Assembly (NCBI GenBank): GCA_032095175.1
Contig: DAMCZI010000006.1
Coordinates: forward strand, 20,328-84,327
Length of the DNA: 64,000 bases
Direction of reading: 5' to 3'
Source of the DNA: Clostridiaceae bacterium
GTDB lineage: Bacteria > Bacillota > Clostridia > Clostridiales > Caloramatoraceae
Shown here: positions 1-8,684 of the stretch, in pieces
Position numbering within the stretch: the stretch's first letter is position 1
Layout: each line of letters opens with the position of its first letter
Notes under the pieces: generated by a model
Databases searched by the model: none
The model's input: only the letters and a program-made list of their open reading frames with translations
What the model was told of the DNA's origin: nothing
Position numbers and translations under genes: made by a program

Positions 1-6
1 TCTGGT

Positions 7-651
7 ATGTCTTTTAAAATTTTAGTAACCGATATCAAGGAAGGTCTTTCCTTCATTAAAGAAAATAAAGTAATTTATTCATTACTTAAATACGTATTAA
101 TTATGAACTTCTTTTTTAATGCAGCATTTTCAGTTAGCAACACCTATATTTTAAATAACGTTATAATGGTTAAGCCCTGGCAATTTGGTATAATTCAAGG
201 GGCATTATCAATAGGTATTCTACTTGCATCAGTATTAATGGGTATAATACCCGAAAAAAATAAGAAATTAACAGGTCTTTCATTATCCCTTTCCATTATG
301 TCAATATCTATAATTGCTGTTGGATTTTCAGCAATAAGTATTATAAAATCCATTAACATAAACATTTTATTTATATACTTTATTTTAGTTTTCTGTATAA
401 CAGGAATATTCATAGTTACAACAAATGTTCCAATAGGTGTGTTAATACAGAGGCTAACACCAGATAACATAAGAGGACGTGTCAACGGTGTTAGAAGAAC
501 TCTGGCAATGGGTTTATCCCCTATAGGAATTATTCTTGCAGGGGTTGCTTTGGACATCATGCCAGCATATATACTTAATTTCCTTTGTGGCGGTGCTACA
601 CTAATTTTGTCAATTGCTATGTACAAGGACAAAAATATGCAAGATTTATAG
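7..651 (+). CDS. MFS-type transporter, C-terminal part (5' end lies outside window)
   Basis: ORF runs to the window edge; the entire product is hydrophobic and multi-helical, as in MFS permeases. Confidence 0.55.
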   Translation: MSFKILVTDIKEGLSFIKENKVIYSLLKYVLIMNFFFNAAFSVSNTYILNNVIMVKPWQFGIIQGALSIGILLASVLMGIIPEKNKKLTGLSLSLSIMSISIIAVGFSAISIIKSININILFIYFILVFCITGIFIVTTNVPIGVLIQRLTPDNIRGRVNGVRRTLAMGLSPIGIILAGVALDIMPAYILNFLCGGATLILSIAMYKDKNMQDL

Positions 652-802
652 TAAAATATATAGAAGGTTGATTAACATTCTCCTATCTATATACAAAGTA
701 ATAAAGTTCTTTACATTCCGCCTTTTCAAACAGCCCTGCAAAGCTGGTTTGACTCTAGGATGTTTGAAAAGACGGAATGTATTAGAATTTTTACTTTGTA
801 TA

Positions 803-923
803 TATATGTTTCACATAAATGATTCTACATTGCTCAAACCTAAACATTTATGCGAAATCATATTCCTTGATTCATTAATCGCACAACACCTAATGTAAAA
901 TCCTTAGTACGATTAATATAATG
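803..923. repeat. RepA-family MITE-like dispersed repeat, copy A
   Basis: ~120 bp element with imperfect terminal inverted repeats (tcgcataaatgattctacattgc ... gcaatgyagaatc..taatgcga) and an internal 13-bp hairpin (tttcgcataaatg/catttatgcgaaa). Sits between convergent genes. Homologous copies lie at ~2733, ~38046, ~49244 and ~52325. Confidence 0.7.
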
Positions 924-974
924 TTAGTCAACCTTCTTATATTCTTATAATCTACGCTTTAAAATTTCCAAGAA

Positions 975-2174
975 CTATTCTGTCCAATTCCAAAATTCCA
1001 CATCACCAACCTTAACACCCGATACCCATTTTTCATTTCTTAACTTTAAAATTTCCTTTGTAGGCCCAGTAGCAACAACTCCATAGATGTTGACTCCATT
1101 GGATTTTATATAATCAATTCTTTGCTGCAGCTCTAAATCGCTGTTTGCAATCTTCTCCGCTATTTTTTCATATTTCTTTAATAAAACTAATGTTTTTATA
1201 AAGTTTTCGTTTCTTATATTACCACTGCCATATTCTTCAATTGAAGGTGAAGATTTTGATATAGTTTTCACCCTGCTAAATAAAAATCCTTTCTTCTCAA
1301 ATGAACTTATAATTTTCATATCATCATCATGCCACATGGGTTGATATGGAAAACCAATTGGTGAAAATGATTCTTCACTTCTTTGTTTTGATTCATCATC
1401 AACTCCTGTGTCAACTGCAAACCACAAAGGTTCCATATCAAGTTCTTTAAATTTGCTTAGAATCTCATCTGTTTTATAAAGCTTATCCATGGAAATATAT
1501 GCTTCTGCTACAGTACCTTCTGGAAGCTTATCAAGCCTCTTCCATTCTTCTTGAAAGTTGTATTGTTCTTTTGAATCAGGATATTGGAACATGTAACCTG
1601 AGTAACCTTCTTCTATTTCTCCCCATTTCATTGTTGAATCCGTACATTTATTAAACAAAAATTTAAAGTTTGCCTGTCCTATATTAATCTCACTGCTTCC
1701 AATCTTTTTTCTAAGTTTGCCCTCTATATTCAATGTAAAAAAAGTTCCTGCACTATTTTCACTATGACCAAAACTTATATTTGGCTCTGTAACCGCAATT
1801 GTCGATCTAACAATATCTTTATAAACATCCATTCTATTAGGTTCCCCAACCAAGTAAAATAACGAAGTTATTACTCCACAAACAAATGTAAAAGCGATAA
1901 CAATTCCTATAGCTGTAAATGCATTGTGTATCCTTGCTTTCCATTTTGCTCTTTTGATAATTCTTCTTTCGCTTTTACTTGTATTGATATCTACGACTTC
2001 ATTTTCATCCTCAGCATCTTTAGTTAAACTGTTATCCATTTCTTCCTCCAAAAATGCCTGGTATTCTTCTATTTTATCTAATTCCTTCTCAAGTTCCTCT
2101 CTTTCCTTCTCTGTCAATCTTCCTTCTCTATAAGCTTTTAGCTTTTCTCTAAAATCTTCACTCAATATTATCAT
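975..2174 (-). CDS. anti-sigma factor (N-terminal sigma-binding helix, one TM helix, extracytoplasmic domain)
   Basis: overlaps the upstream sigma-factor gene by 17 nt; charged N-terminus, then TM helix IGIVIAFTFVCGVITSLFYLV, then a large C-terminal domain. Confidence 0.55.
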   Translation of the reverse strand: MIILSEDFREKLKAYREGRLTEKEREELEKELDKIEEYQAFLEEEMDNSLTKDAEDENEVVDINTSKSERRIIKRAKWKARIHNAFTAIGIVIAFTFVCGVITSLFYLVGEPNRMDVYKDIVRSTIAVTEPNISFGHSENSAGTFFTLNIEGKLRKKIGSSEINIGQANFKFLFNKCTDSTMKWGEIEEGYSGYMFQYPDSKEQYNFQEEWKRLDKLPEGTVAEAYISMDKLYKTDEILSKFKELDMEPLWFAVDTGVDDESKQRSEESFSPIGFPYQPMWHDDDMKIISSFEKKGFLFSRVKTISKSSPSIEEYGSGNIRNENFIKTLVLLKKYEKIAEKIANSDLELQQRIDYIKSNGVNIYGVVATGPTKEILKLRNEKWVSGVKVGDVEFWNWTE

Positions 2175-2658
2175 CCCTTCTCTTTATTCGTATTCTACCC
2201 CTTGCCCTAAATAAAAGCACCTTTAAATGTGAAAGACTTACATTCATTATTTCTGCTGCTTCCTTATAGGATAAGCCGTTAAAGTCACATAAAAGAATTG
2301 CTTGTTTTTGATTTTCAGGTATATTTGCAATTATTTCATTTATTTCATTCATCTGCTCCTGTCTTAAAAATTCCTCTTCAAGTGTCTTTGACTCACTAAT
2401 CTGCTCAAAATATCCATCATCCTTAATCAAACTCTTGCTCTGCTTTCTTTTAAAGTCAACAAATGTATTGTATGCAACTCTAAAAAGCCAGGGCTTAATT
2501 TTCTCTTCATTGCATCCTTCGAGATATAGATATGCCCTGTAAAAGGTCTCTTGGACTATATCTTCTGCTAAATAGCTATCCTTACAAAGGGAGAAAATAT
2601 AATAATATATGTCTTTCATATACAACTGATAAATATCATCTAATTCTTGATTTTTCAT
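2158..2658 (-). CDS. RNA polymerase sigma-70 family (ECF-type) sigma factor
   Basis: sigma region 2 (DIVQETFYRAY...PWLFRVAYN) and a region-4 HTH (LSYKEAAEIMNVSLSHLKVLLFRAR). Confidence 0.8.
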   Translation of the reverse strand: MKNQELDDIYQLYMKDIYYYIFSLCKDSYLAEDIVQETFYRAYLYLEGCNEEKIKPWLFRVAYNTFVDFKRKQSKSLIKDDGYFEQISESKTLEEEFLRQEQMNEINEIIANIPENQKQAILLCDFNGLSYKEAAEIMNVSLSHLKVLLFRARGRIRIKRRDDNIE

Positions 2659-2732
2659 TTTCTCCCCCCTTCACTCTATTTACGTATAAGAAACAAAAAA
2701 GTTACAGCTATACTGTTATTAAATGTCCATTT

Positions 2733-2850
2733 ATATGTTTTGCATAAATTATTCTACATTACTCCACCCTAAACATTTATATAAAATCATATTCCATGAT
2801 TCATTAACCACACAATACCTTATTTAAAATCTTTGGTGCGATTAATATAG
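2733..2850. repeat. RepA-family repeat, copy B
   Basis: same element as 803-923; lies in the divergent promoter region between the sigma-factor gene and ilvE. Confidence 0.65.
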
Positions 2851-2963
2851 CCATTATATCTTAATAATATAGTAATTATCAGATTTTGTAATATAATATT
2901 AGCTTATATTAAGCTATAATATATTTAATCGAAATATAATAAGCTTTAATGAGGTGATTAAGT

Positions 2964-3989
2964 ATGAGTGAAACTAAAAATATCGACTGGGGTAAGCTTG
3001 GATTCAATTACATGAAAACAGATTTCCGATATGTTTCCATATGGAAGGATGGGAAATGGGATGACGGAAGATTAACCGAAGATAATAATCTCTGCATTAG
3101 TGAGGGTTCAGCTGCTCTTCATTATGGACAGCAGTGCTTTGAAGGATTAAAAGCCTACCATACAAAGGATGGTAGGGTTCAGCTTTTTAGACCTGATCAG
3201 AATGCAAAGCGTATGAATAGAAGCTGTCAGCGTCTTTTAATGCCTGAAATTCCAGAAGAAAAATTTATTGATGCATGTGTTCAGGTAGTAAAGGCAAACG
3301 AAGCATATGTTCCACCCTATGGAAGTGGAGCAACTCTTTATCTTAGACCATTTACAATAGGTGTGGGAGATAACCTTGGAGTAAAACCAGCTTCAGAATA
3401 TATTTTCTGTGTATTCTGTTCACCTGTTGGACCATATTTTAAAGGAGGCCTTTCACCTGTAAACTTTACAGTTTCTGATTATGACAGGGCAGCACCATTT
3501 GGTACTGGAGCAGCAAAGGTTGGAGGCAACTACGCTGGAAGCCTTATGCCCCATGAAAATGCTGTAAAGAAAGGTTTTGCTGACTGTATCTACCTTGATC
3601 CAGCAACCCATACGAAGATTGAAGAGGTAGGAGCAGCTAACTTCTTTGGAATAACTAAGGATAATAAGTTTATAACTCCACTTTCGCCTTCAATACTTCC
3701 CAGTATAACCAAGTACTCCTTACTCCACGTTGCAAAGGAATACCTTGGTCTTCAAGCAGAAGAAAGGGATGTTTACATAGACAACTTAGATGAATTTAAA
3801 GAAACTGGGGCATGCGGAACTGCTGCTGTAATAACCCCTATTGGAGGAATCGAATATAAAGAAAAACTCCATGTATTCCACAGTGAAACAGAGGTTGGCC
3901 CAATAACCAGAAAGCTTTATGACACTCTATACGGAATTCAATTTGGAGATGTAAGTGCTCCAGAAGGATGGATCGTAGAAGTTAAGTAA
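2964..3989 (+). CDS. ilvE: branched-chain amino acid aminotransferase (class IV PLP enzyme)
   Basis: full-length similarity pattern to IlvE: [70 protein letters not shown]. Confidence 0.9.
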   Translation: MSETKNIDWGKLGFNYMKTDFRYVSIWKDGKWDDGRLTEDNNLCISEGSAALHYGQQCFEGLKAYHTKDGRVQLFRPDQNAKRMNRSCQRLLMPEIPEEKFIDACVQVVKANEAYVPPYGSGATLYLRPFTIGVGDNLGVKPASEYIFCVFCSPVGPYFKGGLSPVNFTVSDYDRAAPFGTGAAKVGGNYAGSLMPHENAVKKGFADCIYLDPATHTKIEEVGAANFFGITKDNKFITPLSPSILPSITKYSLLHVAKEYLGLQAEERDVYIDNLDEFKETGACGTAAVITPIGGIEYKEKLHVFHSETEVGPITRKLYDTLYGIQFGDVSAPEGWIVEVK

Positions 3990-3996
3990 TATTTTA

Positions 3997-4072
3997 AGGG
4001 GCTGTCGCACTAGCGAAAATAACTTTCAAAAGAGCCAGGCAATAATATTCGTTAGTGTAACAGCCCCTTTTT
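3997..4072. repeat. P-family palindromic element, short form (outer arms only); doubles as ilvE terminator
   Basis: ggggctgtcgcactagcgaa...ttcgttagtgtaacagcccc followed by a T-run. Homologous to the outer arms of the long forms at 11666-11830 and 13941-14095. Confidence 0.7.
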
Positions 4073-4242
4073 CATTTCAACTCTATTTTATTCTTTTTTA
4101 TTTTATGCCATAGATATATAAAAAATTTCGCAAACCCTAATTGTTCACCTACATAGTTTGCTACACACATAAGAATCTTCGTAATTACTATAATTATAAA
4201 TAAAACACTTGCTACTTTTAGAACCAAATGAATATATTCCAT
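4072..4242 (-). CDS. small hydrophobic protein (hypothetical)
   Basis: ORF with RBS aaggagggg 7 nt before the internal ATG; single predicted TM helix; weak support. Confidence 0.3.
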   Translation of the reverse strand: MEYIHLVLKVASVLFIIIVITKILMCVANYVGEQLGFAKFFIYLWHKIKKNKIELK

Positions 4243-4486
4243 ATTCATCCCCTCCTTGTCAGCAATTTTTGACCAACAGTTTATGTACATATATAAAACT
4301 ATTGATTTAATTTATTATATGTCACCCTCTTGCCATTTTCAACCATTTTATGTTTTTATATATTAACTACTTTTCCAATTATAAAGTTTTTATACATATT
4401 AATAAGAATTCTTATACCAATAATACATCATTATTAATCCATGTTAATGGTAACACATTATTGTTAACGATTTTTAACGTTTTTTA

Positions 4487-4514
4487 TTGACACCATGAAC
4501 ATAAATGATATAAT
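4487..4514 (+). promoter_or_regulatory. sigma-A-like promoter (TTGACA, 16-nt spacer, TATAAT) upstream of the DeoR-family gene
   Basis: perfect -35 and -10 hexamers read directly. Confidence 0.45.
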
Positions 4515-4573
4515 GTTAATAAAGATGAATACAGGATGACACTTATTCATTTTATTAAGTTACTAAAGGAGCA

Positions 4574-5359
4574 ATGTTTATGTTTATCGAAGAACGACAT
4601 CAGTCTATTCTGGATATAATCAAGGAAAATGGCAGAATCTCTATTGGCGAGATACAAGAAAAATTTGGTGTTTCAGTAGATTCCGCTAGGCGAGACTTAA
4701 GAATTCTTGAAGAAAAAGGATTGCTAAAAAGAACACATGGCGGAGCCATTCCTATTAGGCAAATAGGCTTTAGCAAACCACCAAAAATGACTGCTCGCGA
4801 TATTACAGAGATTAAAGAAAATTATTTTGCCATAGCTATGAAAGCACTATCATTAATTCATGAAAATGATGTGATTTTCTTAACTTCAGCAACTGTTGGA
4901 TACTTTATGTCTCAAAACCTTCCCAAGGATATTCGACTAACAGTTGTAACCAATTCAATAATAATAGCAGAAGAATTAAGGGAATACGATAATATCAATG
5001 TTATTATGGTAGGCGGCGAAATGGACAGCAAAGGAAATTGCTATGACAATTTTGCCATTGAATTCATTAAAAGCCTACGATTTGATTTCAGTTTTATCAC
5101 AGCTGCTTGCATATCTGCAGATTTTGGAGTTTCAATACAAAAATCAAAGGGCGTAGGTTTCATAAAAGCAGTTATTGAAAGTTCGAAATGTTCCGTTGGA
5201 CTGTTCCCAACTGAGAAAATCGGATTTGAGTCAATAATTAAGATCTGCCCTGCTGATAGTTTAGATAAGCTTATAACTGACTGGGATGCTCCTGAAGAAG
5301 AATTGAGCAAGTTCGATAAGCTCGGCATTGAGATTATTGTTGTTGAAAAGGAAGATTAA
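4574..5359 (+). CDS. DeoR/GlpR-family transcriptional regulator
   Basis: N-terminal HTH (ILDIIKENGRISIGEIQEKFGVSVDSARRDLRILEEKGLLKRTHGGA) plus C-terminal sugar-phosphate-binding-like domain. Confidence 0.85.
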   Translation: MFMFIEERHQSILDIIKENGRISIGEIQEKFGVSVDSARRDLRILEEKGLLKRTHGGAIPIRQIGFSKPPKMTARDITEIKENYFAIAMKALSLIHENDVIFLTSATVGYFMSQNLPKDIRLTVVTNSIIIAEELREYDNINVIMVGGEMDSKGNCYDNFAIEFIKSLRFDFSFITAACISADFGVSIQKSKGVGFIKAVIESSKCSVGLFPTEKIGFESIIKICPADSLDKLITDWDAPEEELSKFDKLGIEIIVVEKED

Positions 5360-5380
5360 TAATTATAGGGAGTGATAAAA

Positions 5381-5863
5381 ATGATAATGCCAACACACAT
5401 CGTTGCAGCAGCAGGTGTAGTGGAAAATGATAAGGGAGAAATTCTGTTGGTTAATACATACCATGGAGGATGGGTTTTCCCTGGTGGACAGGTTGAAGTT
5501 GGAGAAAATCTTACCGACGCAGTTATTAGAGAAATAAAAGAGGAGAGCGGAATTAATGTCGCAGTAAATAAGCTTTTTGCGATTTCATCAAACACAGGAA
5601 TAAATAATGGATATAACGGAGTTAAAAAAGTTCCTACAAAGGTAATGATGGATTTTATTTGTACCTTTGTAGATGGGAAATTATGTACTTCTGATGAAAA
5701 TTCCGAATCATGTTGGGTAAAAAAAGATAAAGTACTTGATATGATTACAGCCCCGGCCATCCGTCAACGTTTTCAAGCATATTTAAACTTTGATGGCAAT
5801 GTACAGTATTTAGTATATGTAACGCAACCAGAGTTTGAATTAAAACTAAGTAGAAAAATATAA
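5381..5863 (+). CDS. NUDIX hydrolase
   Basis: Nudix box GGQVEVGENLTDAVIREIKEESG; ATG at 5381 with RBS gggag; the track ORF starts at a GTG at 5372. Confidence 0.85.
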   Translation: MIMPTHIVAAAGVVENDKGEILLVNTYHGGWVFPGGQVEVGENLTDAVIREIKEESGINVAVNKLFAISSNTGINNGYNGVKKVPTKVMMDFICTFVDGKLCTSDENSESCWVKKDKVLDMITAPAIRQRFQAYLNFDGNVQYLVYVTQPEFELKLSRKI

Positions 5864-5925
5864 GACCTTTACAAATATAATATTGAAGGAGAGTATCCAT
5901 GGATGCTCCCTTTCAATATTATTTA

Positions 5926-6126
5926 TTACAATCCATATGTCTCAAAAATTGTCAAAATATTATTATTGGCAAGCTTATTAGCCAGTAGTTGTTTGAATTT
6001 AACCGAATGTGTTTTATCTTCCAAACGAAGTTTCTCCAGTTCCTTAGATATTTCGTTTTGCTTTAATATCAAATCAACATATACATTTTTATCTAAGGCT
6101 CTTGTTAATCTACTCAATTGATTCAC
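5926..6126 (-). CDS. small hypothetical protein, internally deleted paralog of 7899-8186
   Basis: ~97% identical to 7899-8186 but lacks 87 nt between direct repeats of acatttt. Confidence 0.35.
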   Translation of the reverse strand: MNQLSRLTRALDKNVYVDLILKQNEISKELEKLRLEDKTHSVKFKQLLANKLANNNILTIFETYGL

Positions 6127-6407
6127 TCCTTTTTATGTTCAAGGTATATAACGTATCACATTTTGAATATCTAATATATTTTTTACTTTAGAACAAAGCT
6201 TCATAATTTTTGACTTGCATAGTTTTCCCGTATATAAAAACTTTGTAATTACTATAAGCACAAATAAATTCCTTGATGTATTTTAAACAGATCTTATTCA
6301 TAATACATCTACCATTTCATTACTTTTGGGACTTCATTCCCATAACTTATTGACTTGCGTATATTTTGGGATTATAATGTAAATAATAATGTGAGGAGGT
6401 GTTCAAT

Positions 6408-7634
6408 TTGCAAAGAATAAATCGTGAAGCATATTTGGATTTTCTAATTCGTTCAAAAGACAGACAAATTATCAAAGTAGTTTCCGGTGTACGTCGTTGT
6501 GGAAAATCTACTTTGTTTGAGATTTACAAAGATTATTTATTGGAGAATGGTGTATCCAAAAATCAAATTCATTCTATCAATTTTGAAGATGTTGATTATG
6601 AACATTTGTCAAATTATCGTTCTCTTTATGATTATTTAAAAGGACTATTGCTATCCGATCAAATGAACTACATCTTTCTTGATGAAATCCAACATGTATC
6701 TCAATTTGAAAAGGCAGTGGATAGTTTGTTCATCAAAAAAAATGTTGATTTATATATTACAGGTTCTAACGCGTATTTTATGTCAGGAGAACTTGCAACA
6801 CTTTTATCAGGGCGATATGTCGAATTACAAATGTTACCTCTTTCTTTCAAGGAATTTTGCCAAGCTTACAATAACTTTACCAGTGAACGTACACCCAAAT
6901 CAACCTATGAAAAATATAGAGCCTATCTCTTAAACAGTTCTTTTCCTTATGCTGCATCACTAGGAGATAATCATAAAGATATTACTGAATATTTACATGG
7001 TATATATAATTCTGTGCTTTTAAAAGATGTTGTAGCACGTTTGCGAATACCAGATGTTATGATGTTAGAAAGTGTAGCAAAATTTGTATTTCATAATATA
7101 GGCAATCAACTTTCATGCAAAAGAATTGCAGATGCTATGGTTTCTGCAAACAGAAAAATCGATACAAAAACCGTAGAAAAATATGTATGTGGACTCCGTG
7201 ATAGTTTGCTTGTATATCAAGCAAAGCGCTATAACATAAAAGGCAAACAATATCTTGCCACATTAGAAAAATATTATGTTGTCGATATTGGACTTCGTTA
7301 CATGCTGCTTGGCAGTAAAAGTACAGATATTGGTCATATTCTTGAAAATGTTGTGTATCTTGAATTGCTTCGACGTGGATATGATGTTTATATAGGACAA
7401 ATAGGAAATACAGAAGTTGACTTTGTCGCTATGAACGAAAAGGGCAACACCTATTTTCAAGTATCTGCCTCTGTTCGTGACGAAATTACACTTAAGCGAG
7501 AACTCCGACCCTTGCAATCCATCAACGATCACTATCCGAAATATCTTCTGACTCTTGATGAAGATCCTGAAGGCGATTATGAGGGAATCCGGAAAATTAA
7601 TGTACTTGATTGGCTGCTCGGAAAAGTAGATTAA
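6408..7634 (+). CDS. AAA+ ATPase, DUF4143-containing family (COG1373-like)
   Basis: Walker A GVRRCGKST, Walker B IFLDEIQ, characteristic C-terminal domain; likely TTG start at 6408 after RBS gaggagg (track start GTG 6399). Confidence 0.8.
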   Translation: MQRINREAYLDFLIRSKDRQIIKVVSGVRRCGKSTLFEIYKDYLLENGVSKNQIHSINFEDVDYEHLSNYRSLYDYLKGLLLSDQMNYIFLDEIQHVSQFEKAVDSLFIKKNVDLYITGSNAYFMSGELATLLSGRYVELQMLPLSFKEFCQAYNNFTSERTPKSTYEKYRAYLLNSSFPYAASLGDNHKDITEYLHGIYNSVLLKDVVARLRIPDVMMLESVAKFVFHNIGNQLSCKRIADAMVSANRKIDTKTVEKYVCGLRDSLLVYQAKRYNIKGKQYLATLEKYYVVDIGLRYMLLGSKSTDIGHILENVVYLELLRRGYDVYIGQIGNTEVDFVAMNEKGNTYFQVSASVRDEITLKRELRPLQSINDHYPKYLLTLDEDPEGDYEGIRKINVLDWLLGKVD

Positions 7635-7700
7635 TAAACTATCACTATTTTCATTTAATTAAGTAAAGATTGGTAATTATAAAGGGTGATAAAAATCATA

Positions 7701-7855
7701 ATGCCAGCACACATTGTTACAGCAGCAGGTGTAGCGGAAAATGATAAGGGAGAAATTTTGTTAGTTAAAACATATTATGGAGAATGAATTTTTCCTGGCG
7801 GACAAGTTGAAGTCGGAGAGAATCTTATTGATGCAGTTATTAGAGAAATATAATA
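7701..7855 (+). pseudogene. NUDIX hydrolase 5' fragment (diverged duplicate of 5381-5863 with internal deletion and frameshift)
   Basis: ~90% nt identity to the first ~165 nt of the NUDIX gene, then joins directly to the sequence homologous to 5885 onward. Confidence 0.65.
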
Positions 7856-7898
7856 TTGAAAGGGAGTGTCCATGGATGCTCCCCTTCAATATTATTTA

Positions 7899-8186
7899 TT
7901 ACAATCCATATGTCTCAAAAATTGTCAAAATATTATTATTGGCAAGCTTATTAGCCAGTAGTTGTTTAAATTTAACCGAATGTGTTTTATCTTCCAAGCG
8001 AAGTTTCTCCAGTTCTTTAGATATTTCGTTTTGTTTTAATATCAAATCATCATAGACATTTTCAAACTTCGCTAATTTACTAATAGCTTCTCCGGTATAT
8101 CCATTTACATCATGTTGTACTTTAGTATCATCTACAACATAAACATTTTTATCTAAGGCTCTTGTTAATCTACTCAAATAATTCAC
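7899..8186 (-). CDS. small hypothetical protein (95 aa; probable TTG start near 8177)
   Basis: RBS aaaaggag; intact paralog of 5926-6126; no recognisable domain. Confidence 0.4.
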   Translation of the reverse strand: MNYLSRLTRALDKNVYVVDDTKVQHDVNGYTGEAISKLAKFENVYDDLILKQNEISKELEKLRLEDKTHSVKFKQLLANKLANNNILTIFETYGL

Positions 8187-8247
8187 TCCTTTTCATGTGT
8201 CAAGTACAATAGATATCACATTTTGAATATCTAGCCTATTCTCTATA

Positions 8248-8670
8248 TCAGAACGAAGCTTGATTAGTTTTCCTAAAACAAACAAATGCATTTCCACTTA
8301 GGTATAGCTGAATTACACCGATGATAAAAAACTCTGCTGTTGCTAAATAACATTCTCCTAGAACTACTACCTGGACACCAAGACTTATAAGAAGGATTCC
8401 CCCCATTACAACAGACATAAGCCATGGTTTATTGTTTGATTTTTTAAAGCTTGCAATTGCTGCTATAATATTTCCTAACCCGAATAATACAATTGCAATA
8501 ATCCCTGGAATAAGCCAGTTCTGAAAGGGAAGGATGGTGAGCCATTCCCTTGGATATTCAGAAAACATTCCATCTTTTGAGCTCACCATCATTATTCCTG
8601 TCCAAATAGCTCCTAATGCTAATATTAAATCATAACCACCTAATATTTTCATACTTATCTTTTTATTCAT
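8248..8670 (-). CDS. hypothetical integral membrane protein (4 predicted TM helices)
   Basis: hydrophobic profile; RBS aaagggga before ATG at 8670. Confidence 0.5.
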   Translation of the reverse strand: MNKKISMKILGGYDLILALGAIWTGIMMVSSKDGMFSEYPREWLTILPFQNWLIPGIIAIVLFGLGNIIAAIASFKKSNNKPWLMSVVMGGILLISLGVQVVVLGECYLATAEFFIIGVIQLYLSGNAFVCFRKTNQASF

Positions 8671-8684
8671 TTTCACTGTCCCCT

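Noticed and set aside
195-632. Antisense or overlapping ORFs: 195-632(-), 614-898(+), 1924-2133(+), 2532-2747(+), 5041-5328(-), 5356-5760(-), 6679-6933(+), 7263-7532(-), 8616-8816(+), 9367-9582(+), 9724-10011(+), 11122-11454(+), 13407-13601(+), 13640-13852(+), 14750-15055(+), 15224-15490(+), 18080-18406(-), 26329-26725(-), 28211-28956(+), 30130-30369(-), 31521-31823(+), 33257-34189(-), 37038-37877(+), 38355-38660(-), 39667-39903(+), 41844-42053(+), 47869-50397(+), 51012-51944(+), 52594-52812(+), 53686-53973, 55366-55668(+), 57618-57818(+), 58662-58877(+), 59383-59613(+), 61189-62701
   Set aside because: Each lies wholly inside a longer ORF on the other strand or frame that has a clear family assignment. 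They are low-complexity, lack an RBS, and are typical AT-rich antisense artefacts
5903-6121. Plus-strand ORFs 5903-6121 and 7777-8055 as the real genes of the duplicated unit
   Set aside because: The minus-strand frame has an RBS (aaaaggag) and a plausible TTG/GTG start; the plus-strand frames begin inside a palindromic terminator-like sequence with no RBS
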